A DNA stretch of 64,000 nt from Candidatus Bathyarchaeia archaeon. GTDB taxonomy: Archaea; Thermoproteota; Bathyarchaeia; Bathyarchaeales; Bathycorpusculaceae. The notes below the pieces were generated by a model that worked only from the letters and a program-made list of their open reading frames with translations, made no database searches and was not told where the DNA came from. The DNA lies in contig JBEKSS010000010.1 of assembly GCA_049516875.1 (NCBI GenBank), positions 32,001 to 96,000 on the forward strand. The letters run 5' to 3'. Position numbers and translations under genes: made by a program. How positions within the stretch are numbered: the first letter of the stretch is position 1; each line of letters opens with the position of its first letter. Below, one piece after another: positions 40,558 through 49,735 of the stretch.

Positions 40558-42276
40558 CTACTCCTTGGCTGTTGCCATGGCGAAGCTTACTATGCGCTCG
40601 TTGGTCACTTTCTTCATCGTTATCGCCCTTGTTGGACATCTTGCTGCACAGATTCCACAGCCCTTGCACAGGTCTTCATCTATTCGTGCGATGTTGTTCT
40701 CGTCTTTTACAGCTGCTCCGAATGGGCAGACGACCGCGCACACGTTGCAGCCTATGCAGAGTGCTTCGTCGACAACTGCTTTGTCGCCCTCGCACAGGTC
40801 TGTGGTTCCGAGGCATTCTGCGCAAGGTCCGCAGCCTAGGCAGCGGTAAGCTTCAAACTTGGCGTCTCTCTCCAGCTTTTCCAGAAAGTCTTGCACTTCT
40901 TCAAAAGTGGCGTGAGATTTCTCTGGGAGAGGATTGTACCGGCGTTCTTTTTTCGTTATTTGCTTCCGGTTTTTGGCCCAGCTTGTTTCTTCGATGTTTT
41001 CTTCTCTTCCTTTGTGCATGTCTTGTCCGCTAAGGTAGAGGTGAATTGACGCGGCTGCTCGTTTTCCTTGTCCCACGGCTTCGATTATGCTTGCAGGTCC
41101 AGTGGCTATGTCGCCGCCTGCGAAGACGCCGGGAACTTTGGTCTCGAGTGTTAATGGATCCGTGGTTATCGTTGGAACCCTTGCTTTCTCATCCTGCAGG
41201 GTCTTCGGGATGCATGAGGTCTCTGCCAGTTGGCCCAGGGCAGGGATGACCATGTCCACCTCGTACTTATACTCAGAACCTGGGATTGGCACTGGGCGCC
41301 TTCTGCCGCTTTCGTCAGGTTCACCCAGCTTCATCCTCAAGCAGTCTATAGCTGTGACTTCGCCGTTTTGCCCGATAATCTGTTTTGGTGCGACCAGAAT
41401 CTCTATCTTGACACCGTCTTTTTCGGCTTCTGCCACTTCGCTGGGTAAGGCAGGCATTTCCTCGCGGGAACGTCTGTACAGAAGGGTGACTTCTTTTGCA
41501 CCCTGTCTTTTGGCTGTTCTGGCAGCGTCTATCGCGCTGTTCCCGCCTCCGACGACGGCTACTCTTTGTCCGACTTCCACTTGTTTTCCAAGGGCTATGT
41601 CCCTCAGGAAGTCAACGGCGTTTACCACGCCTTTCAGGTCTTCACCTGGAACGTTGAGCATCATGCCTTTCTGGGTGCCGATGGCCACAAAAATAGCCTT
41701 GTAGCCTTCTTGGCGTAGGCTCTCAATTGTGATGTCTTTTCCGAATTCTACGCCTGTTTTGATTTGCACGCCTAGATCTCTGATGTAGTTTGCTTCGTTT
41801 TCAACAACGAATTTTTCAAGGCGGAAATCGGGTATGCAGTAGCGCATCATTCCTCCGGGCTCGGACATGCGTTCAAAAACTGTCACGGGGTAACCGAGTT
41901 TTGCGAGTTCGTATGCTGCCGTTAGGCCTGCTGGACCTGCTCCGATGATGGCGACTTGCTCGGTGTGCCTTTTGGGTATGGGTTTGGGTTTGACCTTTCT
42001 TTGTTGGCGTTCAATGTCGGCGACGAATTTCTTTAATGCGCGTATGGCTACAGCTTGGTCGACATCGGTTCTTGCACACTCGTCCTCACACGGGCTGAAG
42101 CATACTCTTCCACAGATTGCTGGGAAGGGCATGTCGTTGCGTATGATGTCAACCGCTTCTTTGTACTTTCCTCTTTGAATCAGAGAGACGTATGCTTGAA
42201 CGTTGACGTGTGCTGGGCATGCAGAGCGGCATGGCGGTAGCTTTCTTTTTACGCTTGTCACAGTCTCAGTTGCCAT
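40558..42276 (-). CDS. GltD/NfnB-like FAD/NAD(P)H oxidoreductase with C-terminal 2x[4Fe-4S] (HdrL-like module)
   Basis: PPCRSACP, ICGRVC..PCE..C, GAGPAG, GGGNSAID, YRRSREEMPA, FAGGD, RCLGC and two ferredoxin motifs. Confidence 0.88.
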   Translation of the reverse strand: MATETVTSVKRKLPPCRSACPAHVNVQAYVSLIQRGKYKEAVDIIRNDMPFPAICGRVCFSPCEDECARTDVDQAVAIRALKKFVADIERQQRKVKPKPIPKRHTEQVAIIGAGPAGLTAAYELAKLGYPVTVFERMSEPGGMMRYCIPDFRLEKFVVENEANYIRDLGVQIKTGVEFGKDITIESLRQEGYKAIFVAIGTQKGMMLNVPGEDLKGVVNAVDFLRDIALGKQVEVGQRVAVVGGGNSAIDAARTAKRQGAKEVTLLYRRSREEMPALPSEVAEAEKDGVKIEILVAPKQIIGQNGEVTAIDCLRMKLGEPDESGRRRPVPIPGSEYKYEVDMVIPALGQLAETSCIPKTLQDEKARVPTITTDPLTLETKVPGVFAGGDIATGPASIIEAVGQGKRAAASIHLYLSGQDMHKGREENIEETSWAKNRKQITKKERRYNPLPEKSHATFEEVQDFLEKLERDAKFEAYRCLGCGPCAECLGTTDLCEGDKAVVDEALCIGCNVCAVVCPFGAAVKDENNIARIDEDLCKGCGICAARCPTRAITMKKVTNERIVSFAMATAKE

Positions 42277-42404
42277 TCTTGAACCCCGCTTTAATCATCA
42301 AGTATTGTTTCCAAGGCGAACTTATTAAAGCACCTAAGCCACGCTTGGCGCATGCGTGGCATATGTCAAACGTGCTTATTTGATACGTCATCTTAAAATC
42401 GAGA

Positions 42405-42995
42405 TTACTCATGTGATCTTTCCTCCAGCTTATCGACCCATTTGTTGTATTCACGCGCACCCATCAGGCTGTCAAGCTCTTGCTTCAAGGTCAAGGAATT
42501 GTTCGGTTTGATTTCCACGATCCATCCTTGCCCGTACGGGTCTTCGTTGACCATGGTGGGCTTTTCTTTGAGTTTTTCGTTGATTTTGACTATTTGGCCG
42601 CTGATCGGTGAATAGAGGTCAAACAGCAGCATCCATGTTTCAGCGACTCCGAATGGATCCATTTTGTTGAATTCTTTTCCAACCGGTTCTGTTCTGACTT
42701 GAGCCAGACCTCTGAGTCGTCTTTGTGCATAGTCAGATATGCCGACGCGCACGTTTCCTTCCGTTGTCGTTTGAGCCCACGTGTGTTTCGGCGTATACAA
42801 CAACTGATCAGGCGTGGAAGGCATTTCTTGGCTCTTGCCTGAAGAGAATCCTTCCGTGCGCGTGAGCTCTTCCAGACGCAGGCGAATGGCTTCTGACACA
42901 AATTCTGAAATGCTTCGGTAACGACCTGTTTTAATGATTTTTTCGATTTCTTTTATGAGTTCCTGTCTGATGCTGATTGTTTTCCACTCAGACAT
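42405..42995 (-). CDS. Ribbon-helix-helix (CopG/Arc/MetJ) domain fused to a glycine-cleavage H-protein-like domain lacking the lipoyl Lys
   Basis: N-terminal WKTISIRQELIKEIEKII..GRYRSISEFVSEAIR; C-terminal LLYTPKHTW, VGISDYAQ, DLYSPISGQIVKIN and VNEDPYGQGWI. Confidence 0.85.
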   Translation of the reverse strand: MSEWKTISIRQELIKEIEKIIKTGRYRSISEFVSEAIRLRLEELTRTEGFSSGKSQEMPSTPDQLLYTPKHTWAQTTTEGNVRVGISDYAQRRLRGLAQVRTEPVGKEFNKMDPFGVAETWMLLFDLYSPISGQIVKINEKLKEKPTMVNEDPYGQGWIVEIKPNNSLTLKQELDSLMGAREYNKWVDKLEERSHE

Positions 42996-43221
42996 TCATC
43001 AGCCCTCCCTAAGCTTTGAGTTAGGTGTGCATTAAACTTGAGTTATTTAGGGTTTTCCTTGACTGCTTAGGAAACAGTCCATAGTCTAGACACAAATCAA
43101 AATGGGCAAACTGGCGACTTTCAACACGGAGTGCGGTTGAAAACATGGCTTAAAAGTCGATGTGGATGCTTCGAAAAGCATGGCTAACTGAGTCTTCAGA
43201 ACAGTTGTCAACGGTAATAGG

Positions 43222-46023
43222 TTAGCTTGGCATGGGTTCTGTTTTTTTCTGTCCTTTTGGTTCCAGTTGCGTTTCTGTCTGGTTCTTAGCCTGTGTTTCC
43301 TCGATCATCTTCGGTTCTGTGCACTTTGCTTCTTCTTCTCTGATGTTCAGTGTTCCTTTCACGGTTCCGTCGTCCATATATTTGACGGTGAAACCCATTT
43401 TCTTCATGAGGCCGATTGCCCTGTAATTGTCGGCAAGCATTATGGCGTAGATTGTTTCGAGTTTCATGTCTGCGCAGATTTCCAGCACGTAATCTACCAT
43501 TTTGGTGCCCAGTCCTAGGCCTTGCCATGGGTCGGCGACGATGAAGGCGATTTCACCTGTTTTTCCGTCGGGTTCTATGCTCACCCGCGATACGCCGAGG
43601 ATTCTTTTGCGTCCTTCCTCAGTTAGTTCTGCGACTATGGCGATTTCTCGGTCGTAGTCTATGTTGCAGTAGCGAACTCTGGTTTCGTGCGGTGTGTCTT
43701 TGAGTATCTGGAAGAATCTGTAGCGTATTGACTCTTCTGAGAAGTTCTGGAACATTTCCAACCACAATGGCTCGTCTTCAGGCTTTATCGGTCTCAGTAT
43801 GACTGTTCGGCCGTCTCGGAGTTTCCACATGGTTTCGTATTTTGTCGGATATGGTGATATGACAAGATGCTGGTGAAGTTCAAACTTGGTGAACACCTTT
43901 TTTGCGTCAATCACCATGCGTGCATCTAAGGCGAAGGCCTCTTTTTCATTTATGAAAAGTGGGTTGATGTCAACTTCTTTGAGCTGCGGAAAATCAACGA
44001 GCATTTGGCTGAAGCGAACCAGTATCTCTTCAAGGAGTTTGATGTTGGCTGGAGGCACGTTTCGGTAGCCTTTAAGAAGCTGATAAACCTTGGTTTCTTC
44101 CATCATTCTTCTGACGAGAGTTTGGTTTAACGGTGGAATTCCTATGGCGAAGTCTTTGAAAAGCTCTACTCCGACTCCTCCCATCCCAAACAGCATGACC
44201 GGACCGAAGAGTGAGTCAGCTTTGGCTCCGATGATTAGTTCGTAGCCCTGCCCCTTTATCATGGGCTGGACAGTCACACCCAGAATCTCAGCGTCCGGGT
44301 TGTATTCCTTTGCTTTCTGCGTTATCCGGTTGAATGCCTCTCGAACCTCAGCTTCGTTTGCTATGTTCAACATGATGCCACTTGCTTCGGTCTTGTGTGC
44401 TATTTGGGGAGACAAAATCTTCAGAACGACCGGATAACCCATCTGCGAAGCCAGCTGAACTGCTTCGTTTTCCGTTTGTGCAGCTTTCGTTTTTACAACG
44501 GGAAAGTTGTAGTATTCCAGGAATGTTTTGGCTTCAGCTTCGGTGAGTATTTCACGGTTTTCAGATGCGACGCTTCTCATTATGGTTAGGAGTGGTCGTT
44601 TTGGCGGTACCACGTCTACCGGAAGTTCTTCCGGCGTTTCATAGAGCAGTTCGAGGTTGCGTTTGTACTGGTACATGTATTGATATGTCTTTATTGCCTG
44701 TTCAGGCGTTGAGTACGTTGGAATGTTGTTCTCGATGAATATCCGGTTAGCTTCTTCCACTGCTCCATAGCCCATGAACGAAGTCAGTATCGTCTTGTTG
44801 TGATAAGTTCGGCTTCTTATCAGTTCAGCGAGGCTCTTGGCAACTTCCACGGGTTCTGCTACAGCTTGGGGAGTGTATATTATTACTATGCCGTCGACGT
44901 TATCGTCGTTGAGGCAGGCTTCAACTACTACCCTGTACCTGTCGGCCTTGGCGTCCCCGAGGATGTCAATAGGGTTTCCTCTGCTCCAGAAATGGGGCAG
45001 AATGCTGTTAAGCGTATCCATTGTTTTTTCACTGAGCTTTGCAAGCGTTCCTCCCTGTGCGATTAAGGCGTCGGTCGCCATGACTCCTGGGCCGCCAGCG
45101 TTGGTGATTATGGCAAGGTTGGGACCTCTTGGTATGGGCTGCATGCCCAGGACTGCCGCGCTGTTGAAAAGGTCGGCGATTTCTTCTACTCTAACCATGC
45201 CTGCTCTTTTGAATGCCTTGTCGTAAATCATGTCCTCGCCGGTGAGCGAGCCAGTGTGAGAGGCAGCGGCTTTTGCGCTTTCGCTGAATTTTCCAGCCTT
45301 TACGACGATTATCGGTTTTGTTCTTGCGAAGTGTCTTGCAGCGCTCATGAATTTTCTGGCGTCAGTTATTCCTTCAATATACATGAGTATGCTTTTTGTT
45401 TTCGGATCAGTGCCGAAGTAGTCGATGAGGTCGCCGAAGTCCACGTCGATCATTGAGCCTAGGGATACGAAGTTGCTGAACCCTATGTTTTCGTGCATTG
45501 CCCAGTCGAGGATTGCTGAGCCTAAAGCGCCACTTTGAGAAATGAATGCTATGTTGCCTGGCTTCGGCATCTTGCTTATGAAAGTCGCGTTTAAGCGCAT
45601 GATTGGGCGAATTACCCCCAGGCAGTTTGGTCCAACGATTCGCATGCTGTATTTCTTTTTGATTTCAGTTATCTTTTCCTCTAGCGCTCTGCCTTCAGGC
45701 CCGATTTCTTTGAAGCCTGCGGAGATTATGATTATGCCGTTTATGCTGGCTTTTCCGCACTGTTCAAGCACGTCGGGCACTGTTCTCGCGGGTGTGGCAA
45801 TCACGGCAAGGTCTATGGGTTCGGGGATTTGTTCCACACTCTGATATGCCGTTAAGCCGAAGACCTCAGTCTTCTTGAGGTTGACCGGGAAAACATGGCC
45901 TGCGAAATCTGATTCTGTGAAATTCTTGATCAACGCGCAGCCGACTGAACCCTCTTCATCGCTTGCTCCTATGACGGCGACGCTTTTCGGGTTGAAAATC
46001 TTGTCAAGATTCAAGGTAACCAA
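43222..46023 (-). CDS. Acyl-CoA synthetase (NDP-forming) alpha/beta fused to a C-terminal GNAT (Pat/PatZ-like)
   Basis: VAVIGAS, VGPNCLG, SQSGALG, ASHTGSL, TNAGGPGV, NPIDILGDA, ATP-grasp region, DINP and GNAT motif WQGLGLGT. Confidence 0.9.
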   Translation of the reverse strand: MVTLNLDKIFNPKSVAVIGASDEEGSVGCALIKNFTESDFAGHVFPVNLKKTEVFGLTAYQSVEQIPEPIDLAVIATPARTVPDVLEQCGKASINGIIIISAGFKEIGPEGRALEEKITEIKKKYSMRIVGPNCLGVIRPIMRLNATFISKMPKPGNIAFISQSGALGSAILDWAMHENIGFSNFVSLGSMIDVDFGDLIDYFGTDPKTKSILMYIEGITDARKFMSAARHFARTKPIIVVKAGKFSESAKAAASHTGSLTGEDMIYDKAFKRAGMVRVEEIADLFNSAAVLGMQPIPRGPNLAIITNAGGPGVMATDALIAQGGTLAKLSEKTMDTLNSILPHFWSRGNPIDILGDAKADRYRVVVEACLNDDNVDGIVIIYTPQAVAEPVEVAKSLAELIRSRTYHNKTILTSFMGYGAVEEANRIFIENNIPTYSTPEQAIKTYQYMYQYKRNLELLYETPEELPVDVVPPKRPLLTIMRSVASENREILTEAEAKTFLEYYNFPVVKTKAAQTENEAVQLASQMGYPVVLKILSPQIAHKTEASGIMLNIANEAEVREAFNRITQKAKEYNPDAEILGVTVQPMIKGQGYELIIGAKADSLFGPVMLFGMGGVGVELFKDFAIGIPPLNQTLVRRMMEETKVYQLLKGYRNVPPANIKLLEEILVRFSQMLVDFPQLKEVDINPLFINEKEAFALDARMVIDAKKVFTKFELHQHLVISPYPTKYETMWKLRDGRTVILRPIKPEDEPLWLEMFQNFSEESIRYRFFQILKDTPHETRVRYCNIDYDREIAIVAELTEEGRKRILGVSRVSIEPDGKTGEIAFIVADPWQGLGLGTKMVDYVLEICADMKLETIYAIMLADNYRAIGLMKKMGFTVKYMDDGTVKGTLNIREEEAKCTEPKMIEETQAKNQTETQLEPKGQKKTEPMPS

Positions 46024-46217
46024 GACTGTAACCTTCCTAGTGTACGAGTTGAGTCAGGGGTGGAAAAATTAAAGCTTTATGTATTGATACTACGGTTTCT
46101 TCCGAGAAACGCGAAGGCCCAGAGCGGGTTGAAGGTTGAAAAAAGCATCATGACTGCAAAAGGTTAATCCTTTATGCTAAGAACGCCAATAGGCGCTAGT
46201 GAGGATCGCGGATAGGA

Positions 46218-46607
46218 ATGTTTGCCCATACGAGTATTAGGACGTCGAACATGGACAGGTCTATTGACTTCTACACAAGATTGATGGGTTTGAAGCTTCA
46301 GAGTCGACGTGAGATAAAGCAGAACAACGCTGAAATAGCGTTTCTGCAGGATCCTGAAGAAAAAGGTGCCAAACTTGAGCTGACCTACTACAGAAACCAG
46401 AAGAAGTTCATCCAGGCAGACTATGAAGAGCGATTGTTCGATCACCTCGCTTTTGAGATTAAAGACATGGACAAAACCATCTCCAAGTTGCGAAGTGAGA
46501 AAATCACGGTTACCGATGAACCTTTCAGGCTGGGGCCTGCAGGTCCACTCATAGCGTTCATTGAAGACCCTGATGGAATTCTGATAGAACTGATCGAGAA
46601 AAAATAG
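46218..46607 (+). CDS. Glyoxalase I / VOC family protein
   Basis: HTSIR, LELTY, DHLAF and EDPDGILIELIE. Confidence 0.88.
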   Translation: MFAHTSIRTSNMDRSIDFYTRLMGLKLQSRREIKQNNAEIAFLQDPEEKGAKLELTYYRNQKKFIQADYEERLFDHLAFEIKDMDKTISKLRSEKITVTDEPFRLGPAGPLIAFIEDPDGILIELIEKK

Positions 46608-46738
46608 GCGCGATAGATCATTCCAATGGAAGTTCTAGAAGAATGTTATAGAAGCATCTTCTATGAGCCTGCCAGTTGAGGTTCTCCTACGCGCTGAAGA
46701 GGAAGGAACGGAGAAAGTCTTTCGTTGCCTCAAGTTGC

Positions 46739-47539
46739 TTAAATGTATTTCAGTATCATTTGAACGCCTACGATGACTATGACTAGGCCGAAGATTCGAC
46801 GAAGGTTCTTACCTGAAGTCTTCTTGGAAAGGTAGGCTCCAACCTGAGCGCCGAGGACGGTTCCTAACGCTAGCAGCAGTGCGTATTCGAAGTTTGTTTG
46901 TTTTGCGAAGTAGTGTTGTATTGCTTCGGAGGTTGAGGTAAAAGTCATTGTAAACATGGAAGTTGCAGTGGCAAAATGTATCGGCATGCCTACGACAAGA
47001 GTTAAAATTGGCACTATTAGCACGCCACCTCCAATTCCCAACAGCCCTGAAGCAATTCCGCCTAGAAAGCTCAAGATTGCGCAAAGTAGCATCTTCCGTA
47101 AGGAACTAAACGAGGCACTATCAGATTTTGTAGCGGGCTTGCCAGCTCCAGAGGTGGACGAATGTTTCAGTCTGATGGAGTTTGGGTCAATAGACATCGG
47201 CAGAGCAACAAAGATAATCACAAAGAATCCGAAGAAGGCGCCTAACAGTTTTGCAGAGATCACCGTGGTCAAGTATACTCCTAGGATCCCTCCTGGTGCT
47301 GTTGCTACGGCAAGCAGCGCGCCAGTTCTGTAAGATATTCGTCTTTGTTTTGAATAGTTTAAAGTGGAAGCTAAGGCTGTGAAGACTATTACCGTGAGAC
47401 TAGTTCCTGCGGCATTTGCAGGTGAAAAGGCGTAGAATAGAGTTAGTAGAGGAACTATGAAAACGCCTCCTCCGATTCCGGTCAAGGCTGCGACTGTTCC
47501 TATCAAGAACCCCAGGAACGGCAGCAGTATTTCCCACAT
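46739..47539 (-). CDS. TauE/SafE family sulfite exporter
   Basis: Duplicated GIGGG...VP...A(T/G)TS membrane repeats. Confidence 0.88.
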   Translation of the reverse strand: MWEILLPFLGFLIGTVAALTGIGGGVFIVPLLTLFYAFSPANAAGTSLTVIVFTALASTLNYSKQRRISYRTGALLAVATAPGGILGVYLTTVISAKLLGAFFGFFVIIFVALPMSIDPNSIRLKHSSTSGAGKPATKSDSASFSSLRKMLLCAILSFLGGIASGLLGIGGGVLIVPILTLVVGMPIHFATATSMFTMTFTSTSEAIQHYFAKQTNFEYALLLALGTVLGAQVGAYLSKKTSGKNLRRIFGLVIVIVGVQMILKYI

Positions 47540-47825
47540 TCACGTCACGTCGATGTTTTACTGCTGAACGATGATATTCCCTTTAGCATAGTGAACTGAC
47601 TCTGCTATTAAACCTGTTAACCCGATTACCGATACTTGTGACCAAATGAAAAGAGCTGCGGGCGCAGGTTTTTCGGAAAAACAGCCTCCGAGATATTCGG
47701 TCTAATCAATTTGCATGTGCCGTACATGTATATCTACAATTCGAAAATGAAGAATGCTATGCGTTGTTAGCTCAGCTTTGCATACGGCAAAGTCAGTGAG
47801 GAAGCTTTGCAGCGAAAAGCGAAAG

Positions 47826-48200
47826 TTAAAGTCTCTGCAGACAAGTGCTTCTGGAGTTTGCTTTTTTCAGGCTCTCCAGGTATGCTTTTTCACCAGTTGC
47901 TTTCATGATTTGCTGTTGCCCGTTTACAAAGTTCATTGTGTGGTAGATCGATTCTTCTCCCGTTAACTGCTGGCCAAAATAACAACCTTTCTCGATGCCC
48001 TTCAAGCTTTTCAGATGATCCAGGGCATATGTGCAGTGTCCAACGATTTCGCATGAAGCGCATTTTCCCCAATCCTCTGGATAGAGGCAAGGACCGCACG
48101 TCAAATGACATGCTCTTTTTCCCGGAGTCAGATTTAGGTTAGTGTCTCCTTCACAACGGCAACACTTGCTTTCCCAAGACTCATTCTCGTTCATTACCAT
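47826..48200 (-). CDS. Cys-rich hypothetical protein
   Basis: 124 aa with 11 Cys (CCRC, CHLTCGPC, CASC..HC); AAGGGG SD; divergent from the Lrp gene. Confidence 0.7.
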   Translation of the reverse strand: MVMNENESWESKCCRCEGDTNLNLTPGKRACHLTCGPCLYPEDWGKCASCEIVGHCTYALDHLKSLKGIEKGCYFGQQLTGEESIYHTMNFVNGQQQIMKATGEKAYLESLKKANSRSTCLQRL

Positions 48201-48371
48201 TCAGCCCCTTAAGAAGCTACACATATATTAGCGTCGAAATACTGTTATAAGCCTTTCTCTTCTCGATTATAAGCCGTCATGGTCGTGTCGCTTATATTTC
48301 AGAAGCCACTCATATATACTACCCTGTACTCTATTATGACACTGTTGCCGCACCTGAAAGGGGAAAAGACT

Positions 48372-48935
48372 TTGACAGGTAAGTTGGATGATATGGACAA
48401 GAAGATTATGTCTTTGCTATCTCAGGATCCAGATGTTTCTCAAGGTGAACTTGCGAAACAGTTGAAGATTTCACAACCGGCTGTGAGTGCCAGAATACGC
48501 AAGCTCGAGGAAAAAGGAGCGTTAGCTTACATGGTAGGCACTGACGTTAAGAAGGCTCAGCTCTTCCTCGCCAACCTTGACGTTGCAACAAATCACGTTG
48601 AACAATTTTTGAAGTCTCTTGATGGGTGTCCTTTATACCTTAACAGCTTTTTGACATCTGGAAAAAACAACCTGACTGTGTTGCTGGTAGGCGAAAACAT
48701 CAGATCCATAATGTCCTGTGTAGATTCACACTTGAGGCAGAATCCTCTAGTAAAGGACACGGAACTCGACTTGATAATAACGCCTGTTCGGCCTTTCATA
48801 ATACCGATAAGATCCAGTGTGGAAAAGAAGAAGACAACGCCCTGTAACGCAGATTGTGGCAGTTGCACGTTGTACGCAAGTGATAGATGTCTAGGCTGTC
48901 CTGCCACCGTTTATTATAAGGGAGAATTGCTTTAA
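48372..48935 (+). CDS. Lrp/AsnC family regulator with C-terminal Cys cluster
   Basis: HTH LDDMDKKIMSLL..SQGELAKQLKISQPAVSARIRKLEEKG; tail CNADCGSC..RCLGCP; likely TTG start at 48372. Confidence 0.85.
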   Translation: MTGKLDDMDKKIMSLLSQDPDVSQGELAKQLKISQPAVSARIRKLEEKGALAYMVGTDVKKAQLFLANLDVATNHVEQFLKSLDGCPLYLNSFLTSGKNNLTVLLVGENIRSIMSCVDSHLRQNPLVKDTELDLIITPVRPFIIPIRSSVEKKKTTPCNADCGSCTLYASDRCLGCPATVYYKGELL

Positions 48936-49059
48936 GATGCGTTGAAGAAGAGAAGTCCATTCCAGAATTTGATTGAAGCTGGATGAGTCTAACGTGTAGG
49001 AACTAGACGTTCGAAAAGCTGATTAACCAGAAATCTAGAGTATAGAAGGGGTTTAAGAT

Positions 49060-49296
49060 TTGACAGTTGCATACGTGTTGGCAAAAGTCGAAGCAGGACT
49101 AGATCAGGAAGTCCTCATGGAAGTCAAGAAAATAGCCGGAGTCAAGCAAGCGACTCCAACTTACGGTGTGTATGACTTGCATGTTGAAGTTTCGTTTGAC
49201 AAGATGGAAGATCTTGACAAGTTCATTTTTGAGGGCATCCGAAGGATCCGCGGGATAAAGGAAACTGCAACATTGATAGCTTTCAAAGGGATATAG
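49060..49296 (+). CDS. Stand-alone Lrp/AsnC ligand-binding (RAM) domain protein
   Basis: AYVLAKVEAG, YGVYDL and IRRIRGIKETATLI. Confidence 0.85.
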   Translation: MTVAYVLAKVEAGLDQEVLMEVKKIAGVKQATPTYGVYDLHVEVSFDKMEDLDKFIFEGIRRIRGIKETATLIAFKGI

Positions 49297-49611
49297 ATGC
49301 CTAGGATGGGTTGCAGAGAAGTCCATTTTATCAAGGCAACGCAGCCGAGCCAAGTTGATTTCTTGATTGACAAGGTCAAGGAAGCTGTGGAAGGAATGAA
49401 GCTTCCTCCAGAGTATGATGTGAGGATCTACAAGAATGTTTACACGTGCTGCGGAGTTGGAGGACTGGGCTTAATCATCGAAGTGGTTGGGCCTGAAGAA
49501 GAGAAGATAAAGGAGATTGACTTGAGAGCCGTTTCAAAGGTGCTGGAGTTCTGTGAGAAAGAAGGTTTGGACGTAGGGCATCACACTCTGGAAAAACACG
49601 AATCCATCTAG
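49297..49611 (+). CDS. Hypothetical protein with YTCCG motif
   Basis: 104 aa, starts immediately after the upstream stop. Confidence 0.7.
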   Translation: MPRMGCREVHFIKATQPSQVDFLIDKVKEAVEGMKLPPEYDVRIYKNVYTCCGVGGLGLIIEVVGPEEEKIKEIDLRAVSKVLEFCEKEGLDVGHHTLEKHESI

Positions 49612-49735
49612 ACATGCAGTTGATCATTTATAGCATCTCTTGCATAGAGAACGAGTGCCGTTTTTGCTTGGGGTAAAATCAGCGCAACACGCGCACTGTT
49701 GAAAAGGGAAATATTCGTGGACATAAGAGCGTGCC

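Noticed and set aside
32489-42276. Selenocysteine or pyrrolysine recoding in MvhA, MvhD or HdrA
   Set aside because: All relevant positions are plain Cys in uninterrupted ORFs, with no in-frame TGA or TAG.
32552-46072. Numerous + strand ORFs of 60-260 aa across the hdr/mvh/pat region
   Set aside because: Antisense shadows of well-supported minus-strand genes.
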